Assembly (NCBI GenBank): GCA_963700285.1
Contig: CAVOXA010000014.1
Location: forward strand, 800,001-864,000
Source of the DNA: an uncultured Chloroflexia bacterium
GTDB lineage: Bacteria; Chloroflexota; Anaerolineae; JAAYZQ01
Reading direction: 5' to 3'
Length of the DNA: 64,000 bases
The notes below the pieces were generated by a model, which was given only the letters and a program-made list of their open reading frames with translations, had not been told where the DNA came from and ran no database searches. Position 1 is the stretch's first letter. Every line of letters begins with the position of its first letter. Below are positions 38,225 to 48,218 of the stretch, piece after piece. The position numbers and the translations under genes were made by a program.

Positions 38225-39451
38225 ATGACAGAACTAGAGAGAATCCAGCAGATGTCATACGGGACAGAGCCTGACAAACTCAGGGGTAAGAGAGTACTTG
38301 TCACTGATGGCCAATACGCTCATACCCTGGGCATTGTCCGGTCGCTGGGGCAGGCAGGGCTGGACGTTGGGGTCATTGCTCCAACATCTACCGCGCTCGC
38401 GCTCCACTCTCGCTTCTGTAGGTGGGGCTTTGTGAGCCCGCCATTGAGCAACCAAGCAGCATATCTTGCATTTCTGGAGAATATCCTGGCTGAGGGTTCA
38501 TTCGACCTGCTCATGCCAGTGGGGGCCTCGGCCACCCGGCTTGTGTCCGTACATCGGGACCGGTTGGCCCCAAAAGTTTCCTTCCAGGTAGCCGATCAGC
38601 ACAGCATAGAATCGGCGTTCAACAAGAGAAACACCTACGCATTGGCGGAGCGGCTAAGAGTCCCCTATCCTCATACCCTGTATCCTCAGAACGTGGCGGA
38701 AGTAGAGCAACTCTCGCAGGAGTTAGAGTTTCCTGTCGTCGTCAAAGCGATCGTTGAAGAGGGCTCGAATGTCGTCTATTACCCAAGCAACCGCGAACAG
38801 TTGTTGCAGATGTATGAGCCACTCTGCACCGAAAGAGGATATGCACCGCCCTTCCTTCCAATGCTACAGGAGTTGATCCATAGCGATGACATTGGCTACA
38901 GCTTCGCAGCCCTCTACAAGCATGGCAGATGCATACGGGTCTTCATGTACCGTGAAATTCGCTCAATACCCGTGCGGGGCGGATCGGGTACCTACACGGA
39001 GAGTTGCTTCGACGCCGAACTCAAGCAGTACGGCATGCGGCTCCTGGATGCTCTGAATTGGACGGGTGTAGCACAGATGGACTTCCGGCGCGGCACCGAC
39101 GGACAACTGCGCCTGATGGAGATCAACCCGAAATTCTGGGCATCTCTGGAGGTGGCACTGGCCGCTGGAGTAAATTTTCCACTGCTACTGTGCGACATGG
39201 CAACGGGCCAGGACTTGAGCTATTCCGAAGACTACGAACGCGGGGTCCGCTACCATTGGCCGCTCTCCCGGGAACTGCTTCACGTTGCCGGAAGGCCAAG
39301 CTCGCTGCCAGCTGTTTTGTGGGCCTGCCTGGATCCACGGATCAGGTCAAATGTCTGGGCGAGCGATCTTGAGCCAAACCTGTTGGAATTGGCCAGGACT
39401 CTGGCAGTGTTTTGGCACCAGTTGCCTGTTTTGGGCAAGCAGCGTGATTGA
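38225..39451 (+). CDS. ATP-grasp (carboxylate-amine ligase) protein
   Basis: VRSLG.AG, FPVVVK, LQELI, LMEINPKFWAS, AGVNFP. Confidence 0.88.
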   Translation: MTELERIQQMSYGTEPDKLRGKRVLVTDGQYAHTLGIVRSLGQAGLDVGVIAPTSTALALHSRFCRWGFVSPPLSNQAAYLAFLENILAEGSFDLLMPVGASATRLVSVHRDRLAPKVSFQVADQHSIESAFNKRNTYALAERLRVPYPHTLYPQNVAEVEQLSQELEFPVVVKAIVEEGSNVVYYPSNREQLLQMYEPLCTERGYAPPFLPMLQELIHSDDIGYSFAALYKHGRCIRVFMYREIRSIPVRGGSGTYTESCFDAELKQYGMRLLDALNWTGVAQMDFRRGTDGQLRLMEINPKFWASLEVALAAGVNFPLLLCDMATGQDLSYSEDYERGVRYHWPLSRELLHVAGRPSSLPAVLWACLDPRIRSNVWASDLEPNLLELARTLAVFWHQLPVLGKQRD

Positions 39452-40921
39452 GTGAGAAGAAACGTGCCCATGCAACCGCTTACCCGGGAGGCAGTATCGT
39501 ATGCTTGGCGACAGCTCTTGATACGGGCAGGGGCAGATCCTGAGACGCTGCCTGTGACGCTCAACTACGATGAAAAAGTCAACCTGTCGAGCAGGCCGCA
39601 TGTTATCATAAGACCATGTACGATCAGGGCTGCAGAGACTCTGCTGGAGCGTGCTCCCAATACCCTGGATTGGGTACCCGCATCTGGAGTAGTGCCGGCA
39701 GGTGGCGTACTGCCTTTCGATGACTTGGTTCCTGTCCTATTCTGGGGCAAGGGCGCAGAGCATGGGGACAGGCCCTTTGCCATTCTACATACCGACGGAT
39801 CCATAGAGTTTTGTGCTGACCTGATTGCCACAGTCTTCTTCATGCTCACCCGTTGGGAAGAGATGATGGTTGCCACACGCGACAAGCATGGGCGGTTCCC
39901 GGGGACGGCCAGCGTAGCCTACAAGCAGGGATTTCTTGACAGACCAGTGGTGGACGAGTACGCTCTGATACTCAGTGAGTGGCTGAGGGTAATTCTCCCG
40001 GGCTGGGAGCCAAGGACCCGTGCCTTCTCTGTCAAACTCAGCCACGATGTGGATCACGTTCGCCGCTTTGCGAATGCGCACAGTGCGATCCGTACACTTG
40101 GGGGGAACCTGCTCAAGCGACACAGCCCCAGCCTGGCCTGGCAAACCGGCCGTGATGCGTTTCAGGAGATGGTTGCTCCCGAGCAAGCGGCTCATTTTCA
40201 GGGGATCGAGTTTCTGTCAGAGCTGTCTCAGAAACACGGCATGGGACACGACGCCTTCTACTTTATGGCCACTGAACCCGGCCCACTTGAAAATGATTAT
40301 CGCCTGGATTCACCCATGATCCGACAGAGCATTGAGGACTTGCGGGAACAAGGATTTGAAATCGGTCTGCATGCTGGGTATCACACACCCAACGACTCGG
40401 GTCAGCTGATGAAAGAGAAAGCCAAGTTGGATGCCATCCTGGGCCAAACCCATTATGGAGGTCGTCAGCACTACCTGCGTTTCCAGGTTCCGGAAACCTG
40501 GAGACATTTGGAGAAAGCGGGGCTGTCATATGATTCTACAATGGCCTTTCCTGACCACGAAGGCTTCCGCTGCGGTACCTGCCATCCATTCCGTCCCTTT
40601 GACGTGGACCAGAACCGCGAGTTGAACCTGTGGGAATTGCCCTTGCTTGTGATGGATCGCACACTATCCCAGTACCGTGGGCTCTCGCCGGCCACCGGGG
40701 AAATGGCAATCCTGGCCTTGGCGCAGAGATGCCAACTGGTAGGTGGCACGTTCACGTTGCTCTGGCACAACTCGTCGCTCGATGGTGATTGGCGGCCATG
40801 GGTAGAGGTGTATCAGCGTGTGCTGAGTTCGCTGGCACAGATGAGTCCCTGCGCCTCCAGTCTTGCCGGGGATGCCGGCAAGCCCGCCCACGGTATCGGT
40901 GTGAGAGGATCCCGCCAGTGA
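39452..40921 (+). CDS. Polysaccharide deacetylase family protein
   Basis: RPVVDEY, SHDVDH, EIGLH, GRQHYLRF, YDST, GFRCGTC.PF, LLWHN. Confidence 0.85.
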   Translation: MRRNVPMQPLTREAVSYAWRQLLIRAGADPETLPVTLNYDEKVNLSSRPHVIIRPCTIRAAETLLERAPNTLDWVPASGVVPAGGVLPFDDLVPVLFWGKGAEHGDRPFAILHTDGSIEFCADLIATVFFMLTRWEEMMVATRDKHGRFPGTASVAYKQGFLDRPVVDEYALILSEWLRVILPGWEPRTRAFSVKLSHDVDHVRRFANAHSAIRTLGGNLLKRHSPSLAWQTGRDAFQEMVAPEQAAHFQGIEFLSELSQKHGMGHDAFYFMATEPGPLENDYRLDSPMIRQSIEDLREQGFEIGLHAGYHTPNDSGQLMKEKAKLDAILGQTHYGGRQHYLRFQVPETWRHLEKAGLSYDSTMAFPDHEGFRCGTCHPFRPFDVDQNRELNLWELPLLVMDRTLSQYRGLSPATGEMAILALAQRCQLVGGTFTLLWHNSSLDGDWRPWVEVYQRVLSSLAQMSPCASSLAGDAGKPAHGIGVRGSRQ

Positions 40922-42219
40922 TCTATCTCTACTACGCCGTCTCTGCCTTGGTACTGCTTTGGTTCCTGATGTTCCTGGCCCACAATCTGAGGCAGGCGAT
41001 CCTGGCAGGGCTAATCTTTACGACGCTGACCTTGGGGGCGCTGCCTCGGCAGATCATACCCGTGAGCGGCGCCGCCTTTGCAATTCAAATTGGGTTTCTG
41101 GTATGGGCCTTTACCTGGCTCTTCATGAGGAAAGACACCTCGCTGGCCCTATCGTACATCGCAAATCCGTACACCCTCCTGCTGGTATTGTTTGGCATGG
41201 TGCTCGTTGCCTACCTCCTCCTGTCCGGCAACCCAGCCTATGGTCTCACAACGACAATTTGGTTTCTGATCAAGGGTTTTCTCCCAGTGATTGCCTTAGG
41301 CTGTCTGGCGCCATTCGACAAGACAGATACTCGCCTCGTTGTCACGACCATCGTCTGTGGCGCCCTGCTTATGACCCTTGCCCTCCTGTCACAGAGTGGG
41401 GTACAGCAGACAGAGCGCTTTGGCCTGAGCAACGATGACAGCCCAATCACCATCGCCCGACTCATTGGTCTGGGGGCCACACTGCTGCTATTGATTGCCT
41501 TCTTCAAGCCCAGGATTCGGTTGGTTTCGTTTGCACTCTATACCTTGGCTGCGGTCTTTTTGCTCTTCGCCCTGGGTCTTACCGGCTCGAGGGGGCCTCT
41601 GGTGGCCGCCCTTTTGGCCGTGTTGGTCGGATTTCTTCTCCTGGGGTCGGGATTAGGCAAACGGCTAAGGATCCTTCTGGGCATTGGCATAGTGGCAGCT
41701 CTAATCCTGGTGGTCATAGCACTGTTTCCCATAGAGATCCTGGGCTTTCCTGGGATAGAGAGAATAATCGACCGTTTCGATACCTTGGGCCAGAATGCCA
41801 GCGATCGGGCCAGGCTCAGCTTCTTTCAGACAGCCTGGGATGGCTTTGTTACTTCCTCTGGTTTGGGTGTTGGCACTGGGGGCTATGCTACCCTGCTTGG
41901 CGTCCAGGGCAGAGCCTATCCCCACAACATCGTGCTGGAAGTTGCGGTGGGACAAGGCGTCGTGGGACTCATAATCCTCTTTGCTATGTTGCTGGTGACG
42001 GGTAGACAGATCCTAAGACTGTCGCGCACCCCCGAGTTGGATGTCTATAGCAAGGCGCTGGTCGCCCTGTGGTTCTACGCACTGTTCAACGCCTTTGTGT
42101 CGATGGACATCGCCGGCAACTATTTCCTGTGGGTCACCGGAGGAATGCTTTGGTTCTTCAAGCGAGGTACTGAGATACCCAAAACGCAGGTATTCGCGCC
42201 AGAAGCAGTGAGCCAATGA
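40918..42219 (+). CDS. O-antigen polymerase/ligase family (Wzy/WaaL-like)
   Basis: Multi-TM; TGSRGP, GVGTGG, YPHNIVLE; GTGA overlap with upstream gene. Confidence 0.85.
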   Translation: MIYLYYAVSALVLLWFLMFLAHNLRQAILAGLIFTTLTLGALPRQIIPVSGAAFAIQIGFLVWAFTWLFMRKDTSLALSYIANPYTLLLVLFGMVLVAYLLLSGNPAYGLTTTIWFLIKGFLPVIALGCLAPFDKTDTRLVVTTIVCGALLMTLALLSQSGVQQTERFGLSNDDSPITIARLIGLGATLLLLIAFFKPRIRLVSFALYTLAAVFLLFALGLTGSRGPLVAALLAVLVGFLLLGSGLGKRLRILLGIGIVAALILVVIALFPIEILGFPGIERIIDRFDTLGQNASDRARLSFFQTAWDGFVTSSGLGVGTGGYATLLGVQGRAYPHNIVLEVAVGQGVVGLIILFAMLLVTGRQILRLSRTPELDVYSKALVALWFYALFNAFVSMDIAGNYFLWVTGGMLWFFKRGTEIPKTQVFAPEAVSQ

Positions 42220-43379
42220 CAATGCTACCCCAGCCCCTTGCCCGAAGATGCCTTTTCCATATACCACTGGCGATTGACCCTCGCGGGGCCGTGGGTTCAC
42301 GGGTTAGACCCCTGGGTATGATTTCTGGATTTGAGGAGATTGGCTACCAAGTTGATACCATCTGGGGTCAAGCTGCAGAGCGGGAGCGTTCTATAGAAGC
42401 AGTGAAACGCAACGTTGAAGCAGGTGTACAGTATGATTTTCTGTACTCGGAATCATCCACGATGCCTACCATACTCACTGAGAACAACCACCTTCCCTCT
42501 CACCCCTTTTTGGACTTTGGGCTCTTTCGCTTCTGCCAGCGTGCCGGTATGCCAATCGGGCTCTTTTACCGGGATGTGCACTGGCGATTCGAGCAGTATC
42601 GCCAGCATGTGAGCTGGTACAAGCGTGCGGTGACGGTCCCCCTGTATCACCTTGACCTCTGGGCCTATCGCCATTGGGTGGACGTACTTTTCCTGGTTCA
42701 CCTAAAGATGCTCAGGTACGTGCGCTTCTGGCCCCATCAGAAACCTGTCTGCGAATTGCCCCATGGCGGCAAGATCGTCGAACTCGATCCTGTTCCACCA
42801 CCGGGACAGTTGCGCTTGTTCTACGTCGGTGGAGTACTCCCTCCCCTATATGACGTTAGCAATCTGTTGGAGGGAGTACATCAAGCAGTACATTGGGGAG
42901 TGGATGTCCATCTCACCATCTGTTGTCCCAAAGACCAGTGGCAAAGCAGACCCGAATCATACGCTGCATGGACAGGTGACTGGTTGACGGTCGTACACGT
43001 CTCTGGAGAGAGCTTGCGGGCACTCTACCAGGAACATCATATCGCCATGGTGTATCTGGTGCCCCCGCCATACTTTGATTTTGCCATGCCGGTCAAGGTT
43101 CCGGAGGCTACAGGTTTTGGCCGGCCGCTGATAGCTGTGGAGCCCACGGCAGTCGCCGACTTTGTCAAGCAGGAAGGATGTGGCTGGACCGTGTCTTCGG
43201 ACCCGACATCACTGGCGGATCTGCTTCGGCAACTTCAAGCAGACCCCTCGCTGATTGAGGAGAAGACAAAGACCGTCCAAGATATCCGGCACGAACACAC
43301 TTGGGCCAAGCGTGCGGAGAAAGCGGCCAGCATTCTCACCGCGATTGGTGAAGCCAATCGGCGTACCCGCCAGGAATGA
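42216..43379 (+). CDS. Glycosyltransferase (GT-B, family 4-like)
   Basis: FYRDVHW, FYVGG, FAMPVK.PEA.G.G.P, HTW..RA. Confidence 0.8.
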   Translation: MTMLPQPLARRCLFHIPLAIDPRGAVGSRVRPLGMISGFEEIGYQVDTIWGQAAERERSIEAVKRNVEAGVQYDFLYSESSTMPTILTENNHLPSHPFLDFGLFRFCQRAGMPIGLFYRDVHWRFEQYRQHVSWYKRAVTVPLYHLDLWAYRHWVDVLFLVHLKMLRYVRFWPHQKPVCELPHGGKIVELDPVPPPGQLRLFYVGGVLPPLYDVSNLLEGVHQAVHWGVDVHLTICCPKDQWQSRPESYAAWTGDWLTVVHVSGESLRALYQEHHIAMVYLVPPPYFDFAMPVKVPEATGFGRPLIAVEPTAVADFVKQEGCGWTVSSDPTSLADLLRQLQADPSLIEEKTKTVQDIRHEHTWAKRAEKAASILTAIGEANRRTRQE

Positions 43380-43392
43380 GGACTGTCCGGAC

Positions 43393-44391
43393 ATGAAGAT
43401 CATCCACGTCCGCGATGTGGCCAATGTGGCTCACTTCCTCGTTCGCGGCCTTTCAGAGTTGGGTCACGAGGTTGATTTCATATCGCCCAGCGAAAGTGCT
43501 GAGCAGCGCGTTTGGCGCAAGGCGTTGACGGCGCACCGTCGACTTGACGATGGTCTAAGGATCAACGCCCACATCCATCAACAAGGGTTCGACATCGTAC
43601 ACTTTCACTACGCCAATTCGGGATGGATGGGCACACTGGGCAGATATCCTTACTTTCTCCACTGTCACGGCAGTGACGTACGACTGGATCTATACCATCC
43701 CGTACGCAAATGGCCAGTGCTCCGCAGCCTGCGAGGCGCCTGCGGGGTATTCATCTCTACGCCAGACCTCTATCAGCACGTTGCCTCGGTCAGACCTGAT
43801 GCAGTGTTTCTACCCAATCCGATTGACACCCGTATCTTTTCCCCTCTGCCAAACGGTAGTCATACAAACACGCGCATACTGATAAACCAGGCACTGAAAG
43901 CATCAAAAGCACCAGATGTAGCCTTTGGAGCAGCTCGGCTGCTGAAACGTGCGTACAAGGACCTCGAAATCTGTGCCATTGCCCATGGCCCTGAATTAGA
44001 GCGCTTTCGGGACTGTGACGAGGTGCAATTCATCGAGCCAGTTCCCCATTGGCGCATGCCAGAGGTCATCAATTCTTTCGACATCATTCTGGGACAGTTT
44101 GAGATTGGCTCCCTTGGCGTATCGGAACTTGAAAGCATGGCCTGCAGCAAGCCAGTAGTGTCTTGCGTAGACCAGGTCATGTACAGCGAATGGTACAGCG
44201 AGCCACCACCCATCCTCTCAGCCTGCGAAATCGACGCCGTCGTTGAGGCTGTGGTCTCCTTGATCCAGCAGAGAGACCTCGGGGAAGAACTCAGTTCGCA
44301 GGCTCGAGCCTGGGTGCTCGAGCATCACGACTATCTCGAGGTAGCCACAACGCTCGCAGCTCGCTATCAGACCTTTCTGGGCAGAGAATAA
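43393..44391 (+). CDS. Glycosyltransferase family 4
   Basis: DIVHFH, HCHGSD, PNPID, LESMACSKPVV. Confidence 0.85.
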   Translation: MKIIHVRDVANVAHFLVRGLSELGHEVDFISPSESAEQRVWRKALTAHRRLDDGLRINAHIHQQGFDIVHFHYANSGWMGTLGRYPYFLHCHGSDVRLDLYHPVRKWPVLRSLRGACGVFISTPDLYQHVASVRPDAVFLPNPIDTRIFSPLPNGSHTNTRILINQALKASKAPDVAFGAARLLKRAYKDLEICAIAHGPELERFRDCDEVQFIEPVPHWRMPEVINSFDIILGQFEIGSLGVSELESMACSKPVVSCVDQVMYSEWYSEPPPILSACEIDAVVEAVVSLIQQRDLGEELSSQARAWVLEHHDYLEVATTLAARYQTFLGRE

Positions 44392-45627
44392 GTGGAAGTG
44401 AAGATCTGGATTCTGAACCACTACGCACAGCCTCCTGATATGCCAGGAGGCACGCGACACTATGAACTGGGTCAACAGCTACTCCAGCATGGCTACGCTG
44501 TGACCGTTTTCGCCTCCAGTTTCCGCCACGCCCAGCGCCGTGAAAGCCAGTCATACAGCAGCCAGTCGAGCTTCGTCGAGGAGGTGGATGGCCTCCAGTT
44601 TGTTTGGCTCCGGACTTTTGCCTACCAAAGAAACGACTGGCGCCGGCTGGTCAACATGATTTCCTACCTTGTTCGTTCCTACTGGTGGGGACGCCGGCTT
44701 GCCCGTGCCGGTGGTCCTGTCCCAAAGCCCGATATCGTCCTCGGCTCCTCTGTCCATCTGCTGGCGGTACTTTCTGCCTATTTGCTGGCACGTCATTTCA
44801 AATCCCATTTTGTCATGGAGGTCCGTGACCTCTGGCCCCAGACCCTGGTAGAGATGGGAGCACTGTCCGAGCGCTCCCCTGTAACGCGCCTGCTACGAGA
44901 TCTCGAAAAGTACCTGTACCGGCACGCCGAACGGATCATCGTTCTGCTGCCCAAAGCAGTGGACTATATCACGAGGCAGGGCATTGACGCTGACAAGGTC
45001 GTGTGGATACCAAACGGGGTGAACCTATCGGACTACTCGCCCAGGGAACCAACCCGTACGGATGAGCCGCGCTTCACTGTGATGTACATGGGCGCCCATG
45101 GCCAGGCCAACGCGCTTGATGGTTTGTTGGACGCAGCTCAAATCGTTCAGAGTCGCGGCTACACGCATATACACTTTGCCCTCGTTGGCGATGGGCCAGA
45201 GAAGCAGGCACTATTGGATTATCAGCGCGAGCTGGGCCTTGCCAATGTCAGTTTTCGCGATCCGCTGCCCAAAAGCCAGGTTCCTCATGCGCTCCAACGC
45301 GCTGATGCCCTGGTTCTTCTTCTTCGGGATCTTGCCCTGTACCAATACGGTGTCAGTCTGAACAAGCTGTTTGACTACCTTGGAGCTGGCAAACCTATCA
45401 TCCTCGCCGGCAACCCGGCCAACAACCTCGTGGCCGAAGCGAGATGCGGGCTGAGTGTTCCACCTGGAGACGTTCCGGCCCTGGCAGAAGCGATCATCAG
45501 CCTGTACGAGATGCCGCCAGAACAACGCGATGCGATGGGCCAGCGGGGCCATTCATTTGCTGAACAGCACTATGACTACGCGCTGCTCGCCAAGCGATTG
45601 ATGCTTGTGCTGGACGAATTGCAATGA
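44392..45627 (+). CDS. Glycosyltransferase family 4 (WbuB-like)
   Basis: NHYA.PP, EVRDLWP, IPNGV, Y.GAHG.AN, NKLFDYL..GKP. Confidence 0.9.
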   Translation: MEVKIWILNHYAQPPDMPGGTRHYELGQQLLQHGYAVTVFASSFRHAQRRESQSYSSQSSFVEEVDGLQFVWLRTFAYQRNDWRRLVNMISYLVRSYWWGRRLARAGGPVPKPDIVLGSSVHLLAVLSAYLLARHFKSHFVMEVRDLWPQTLVEMGALSERSPVTRLLRDLEKYLYRHAERIIVLLPKAVDYITRQGIDADKVVWIPNGVNLSDYSPREPTRTDEPRFTVMYMGAHGQANALDGLLDAAQIVQSRGYTHIHFALVGDGPEKQALLDYQRELGLANVSFRDPLPKSQVPHALQRADALVLLLRDLALYQYGVSLNKLFDYLGAGKPIILAGNPANNLVAEARCGLSVPPGDVPALAEAIISLYEMPPEQRDAMGQRGHSFAEQHYDYALLAKRLMLVLDELQ

Positions 45628-46265
45628 GACCGGTGGCCGAGACGCTCTACCGCTCGTGGGGCAAGCGATTCCTTGATCTGGCGATTGGGGTTCCGACCCT
45701 GATTGTGTTGTCACCCATTCTGCTGCTGGTATTCCTGGCGGTACGCATAAAACTCGGATCCCCGGCGCTCTTTCGCCAACAACGGCCTGGCTTGCATGGT
45801 CATGCCTTCACCATCCACAAGTTCCGGACCATGACCGACGCCCGTGATGACCAAGGCGACCTACTCACGGATACAGAGCGCCTGACAAAATTGGGTGCAT
45901 TCTTGCGAGGAACCAGCATAGACGAACTGCCAGAACTCTTTGACGTTCTGAGAGGAGACATGAGCCTGGTAGGACCGCGTCCCCTGTTGACGATCTACCT
46001 GGAACGCTACACGCCAGAGCAAATGCGTCGCCACAAGGCAAAACCAGGCATCACAGGTTGGGCACAGATCAATGGCCGAAACGCCATAACCTGGGAGCAA
46101 AAGTTTGCCTTCGACACATGGTACGTGGACCATCTGTCTCTGGGGGTGGACTTACAGATCCTCTTGCTCACAGCCTGGAAGGTCCTGAGGCGTGAGGGCA
46201 TCAACCCACCAGAACAGCCTACAACACCGGAGTTCATGGGAACGTCAGACCGGCAGATGTCGTGA
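45624..46265 (+). CDS. Small phosphoglycosyl transferase (PglC-like)
   Basis: KRFLD, F.QQRPG, KFRTM, SIDELPEL..V..GDMSLVGPRPLL, KPGITGWAQINGRN. Confidence 0.92.
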   Translation: MRPVAETLYRSWGKRFLDLAIGVPTLIVLSPILLLVFLAVRIKLGSPALFRQQRPGLHGHAFTIHKFRTMTDARDDQGDLLTDTERLTKLGAFLRGTSIDELPELFDVLRGDMSLVGPRPLLTIYLERYTPEQMRRHKAKPGITGWAQINGRNAITWEQKFAFDTWYVDHLSLGVDLQILLLTAWKVLRREGINPPEQPTTPEFMGTSDRQMS

Positions 46266-46285
46266 ACTGCATCCAGGAGGGAACC

Positions 46286-46951
46286 ATGGATAGGGAGCAG
46301 ATCGCCATATTTGGCGCAGGGGGTTTTGGCAGAGAGGTGGCCCATTGGATTGAAGACTGCCAGCAGGCCTTCAACAACGTGCAGGCGGTGTGCTTTGTCG
46401 ACGACAATCTGGCCAGGCACGGCACAATACAAAACGACCTGCCTATCATGGGCCTCGCTTCGGCGCGAGAGTGCTTCCCTCAAGCCAAGATCGTCGGCGC
46501 CATTGGTTTGCCCAGCTTGCGCCAGCGTCTGATGGACAAGGCATCTGCCGCAGGCTTTGAGTTTGCTACGGTGATTCACCCGCGCACTGAACGATCCCGC
46601 TGGATCGAGATCGGTGGCGGAACAGTGATCTGCGCCGGCAACAAACTGACAACCAACATCGTCTTGGGCCAGCACGTTCAATTGAATATGGACTGTACAA
46701 TCGGCCACGATGTATTGATGGGTGACTATACCACGCTTGGTCCCGGAGTACACGTGTCAGGTTATGTCCATTTTGGAAAGCGAGTCTACGTTGGAACGGG
46801 GGCGGTGTTCATCCAGGGCACCGAGGACGCACCGCTTGTCATTGAAGATGATGCAGTCGTCGGTGCTGGAGCATGCGTCACCAAGCCGGTAGCTGCTGGT
46901 TTGACCGTCGTCGGTATCCCAGCGAGGCCATTGGCGAGGAAAGGGGCTTAG
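46286..46951 (+). CDS. Sugar N-acetyltransferase (PglD/NeuD family)
   Basis: IFGAGGFGREV, AIG, IHP, hexapeptide repeats, TIGHD, VVGIPARP. Confidence 0.9.
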   Translation: MDREQIAIFGAGGFGREVAHWIEDCQQAFNNVQAVCFVDDNLARHGTIQNDLPIMGLASARECFPQAKIVGAIGLPSLRQRLMDKASAAGFEFATVIHPRTERSRWIEIGGGTVICAGNKLTTNIVLGQHVQLNMDCTIGHDVLMGDYTTLGPGVHVSGYVHFGKRVYVGTGAVFIQGTEDAPLVIEDDAVVGAGACVTKPVAAGLTVVGIPARPLARKGA

Positions 46952-46953
46952 AT

Positions 46954-48138
46954 GTGACCGAAATGATCCCCATGTCTGGGCCGGACATTACCCCAGACGA
47001 GATCGATGCCGTCGAGGCAGTACTGCGCACGCCCTTTCTGAGCATCGGACCGCAGATCACCCAGTTTGAAGCACGCTTTGCCGAGTATGTTGGTACGGGC
47101 CACGCCGCCGGAGTCTCCAGTGGAACAGCCGGCTTGCATCTGGCATGCATCGCCGCCGGGGTTGGTGAGAGCGATCTTGTCGTGACGACGCCTTTCTCCT
47201 TTGTCGCCTCGGCGAACTGCATCCTCTACGAGCGAGCTGTCCCTGTTTTTGTGGACATAGACCCTGAGACCCTCAACGTGGACCCGGCGCTGGCGGCCAG
47301 CGCGGTTGACGACTTGGCGCGAGGTGGCAGCGCGGCACAACGCTGGCTCCCTCCTGCCATGCAGCATTCGTCGTCTTTTGCACGCAAGCCCAAAGCCATC
47401 CTGCCTGTCGACGTGTTTGGTCAACCAGCAGACTATGACGCTCTCCACGAGGCTGTCTGCAAGCATGGCTTGGTCATGATCGAAGATGCCTGTGAAGCCG
47501 TTGGCGCTGAGTACAAGGGAAGGAGAACCGGCACGCTGGGTGATGTAGCCGTATTTGCCTTCTATCCAAACAAGCAAATGACCACCGCTGAAGGTGGGCT
47601 CCTGGTCACCGATCGCGCCGACTGGGACGTCCTATTCCGCAGCCTTCGCAACCAGGGCCGCGACGAGAGTGGAACCTGGCTCAATCATGTGCGCCTGGGG
47701 TACAACTATCGGCTGAATGAACTGAGCGCAGCCCTGGGATTGGCTCAGTTGGCGCGCCTCGATGAGATCCTAAAGAAGCGTGAGCGCGTTGCCGAGATGT
47801 ACAATGAACGCCTAAGTCGCCTTAGCGGCTTATCGATTCCCCACATTGCGTCCACAACGACCCGGATGAGTTGGTTTGTCTACGTGGTCCGTCTGAACCC
47901 TGCCATCGATCGAAATACCGTGATCTCCCGCTTGAGGGAGCAAGGGATCGCGAGCCGGCCCTACTTTACACCCATCCACCTACAGCCCTTCTACGTCGAG
48001 AGGTTCGGCTACGGCTCGGGAGACTTTCCTGTAACGGAGGCCGTGGCCGAGAGCACGTTGGCACTCCCTTTCCACAGCAACCTGCAAGAAAAGACCGCCG
48101 ATTTCGTATGCGAGGGCCTGCGGCAGGCCACCAGATAG
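46954..48138 (+). CDS. DegT/DnrJ/EryC1/StrS sugar aminotransferase (PglE-like role)
   Basis: SSGTAGLH, IEDACEA.G, FAFYPNKQMTT.EGG, GYNYRL. Confidence 0.92.
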   Translation: MTEMIPMSGPDITPDEIDAVEAVLRTPFLSIGPQITQFEARFAEYVGTGHAAGVSSGTAGLHLACIAAGVGESDLVVTTPFSFVASANCILYERAVPVFVDIDPETLNVDPALAASAVDDLARGGSAAQRWLPPAMQHSSSFARKPKAILPVDVFGQPADYDALHEAVCKHGLVMIEDACEAVGAEYKGRRTGTLGDVAVFAFYPNKQMTTAEGGLLVTDRADWDVLFRSLRNQGRDESGTWLNHVRLGYNYRLNELSAALGLAQLARLDEILKKRERVAEMYNERLSRLSGLSIPHIASTTTRMSWFVYVVRLNPAIDRNTVISRLREQGIASRPYFTPIHLQPFYVERFGYGSGDFPVTEAVAESTLALPFHSNLQEKTADFVCEGLRQATR

Positions 48139-48218
48139 CAAAGAGGCCACAACTCGAGCCACCATGCATCGTACTTGATCAGAACGCAGGTTCAGACCAG
48201 CTGAGTTGTACCCTCCGG

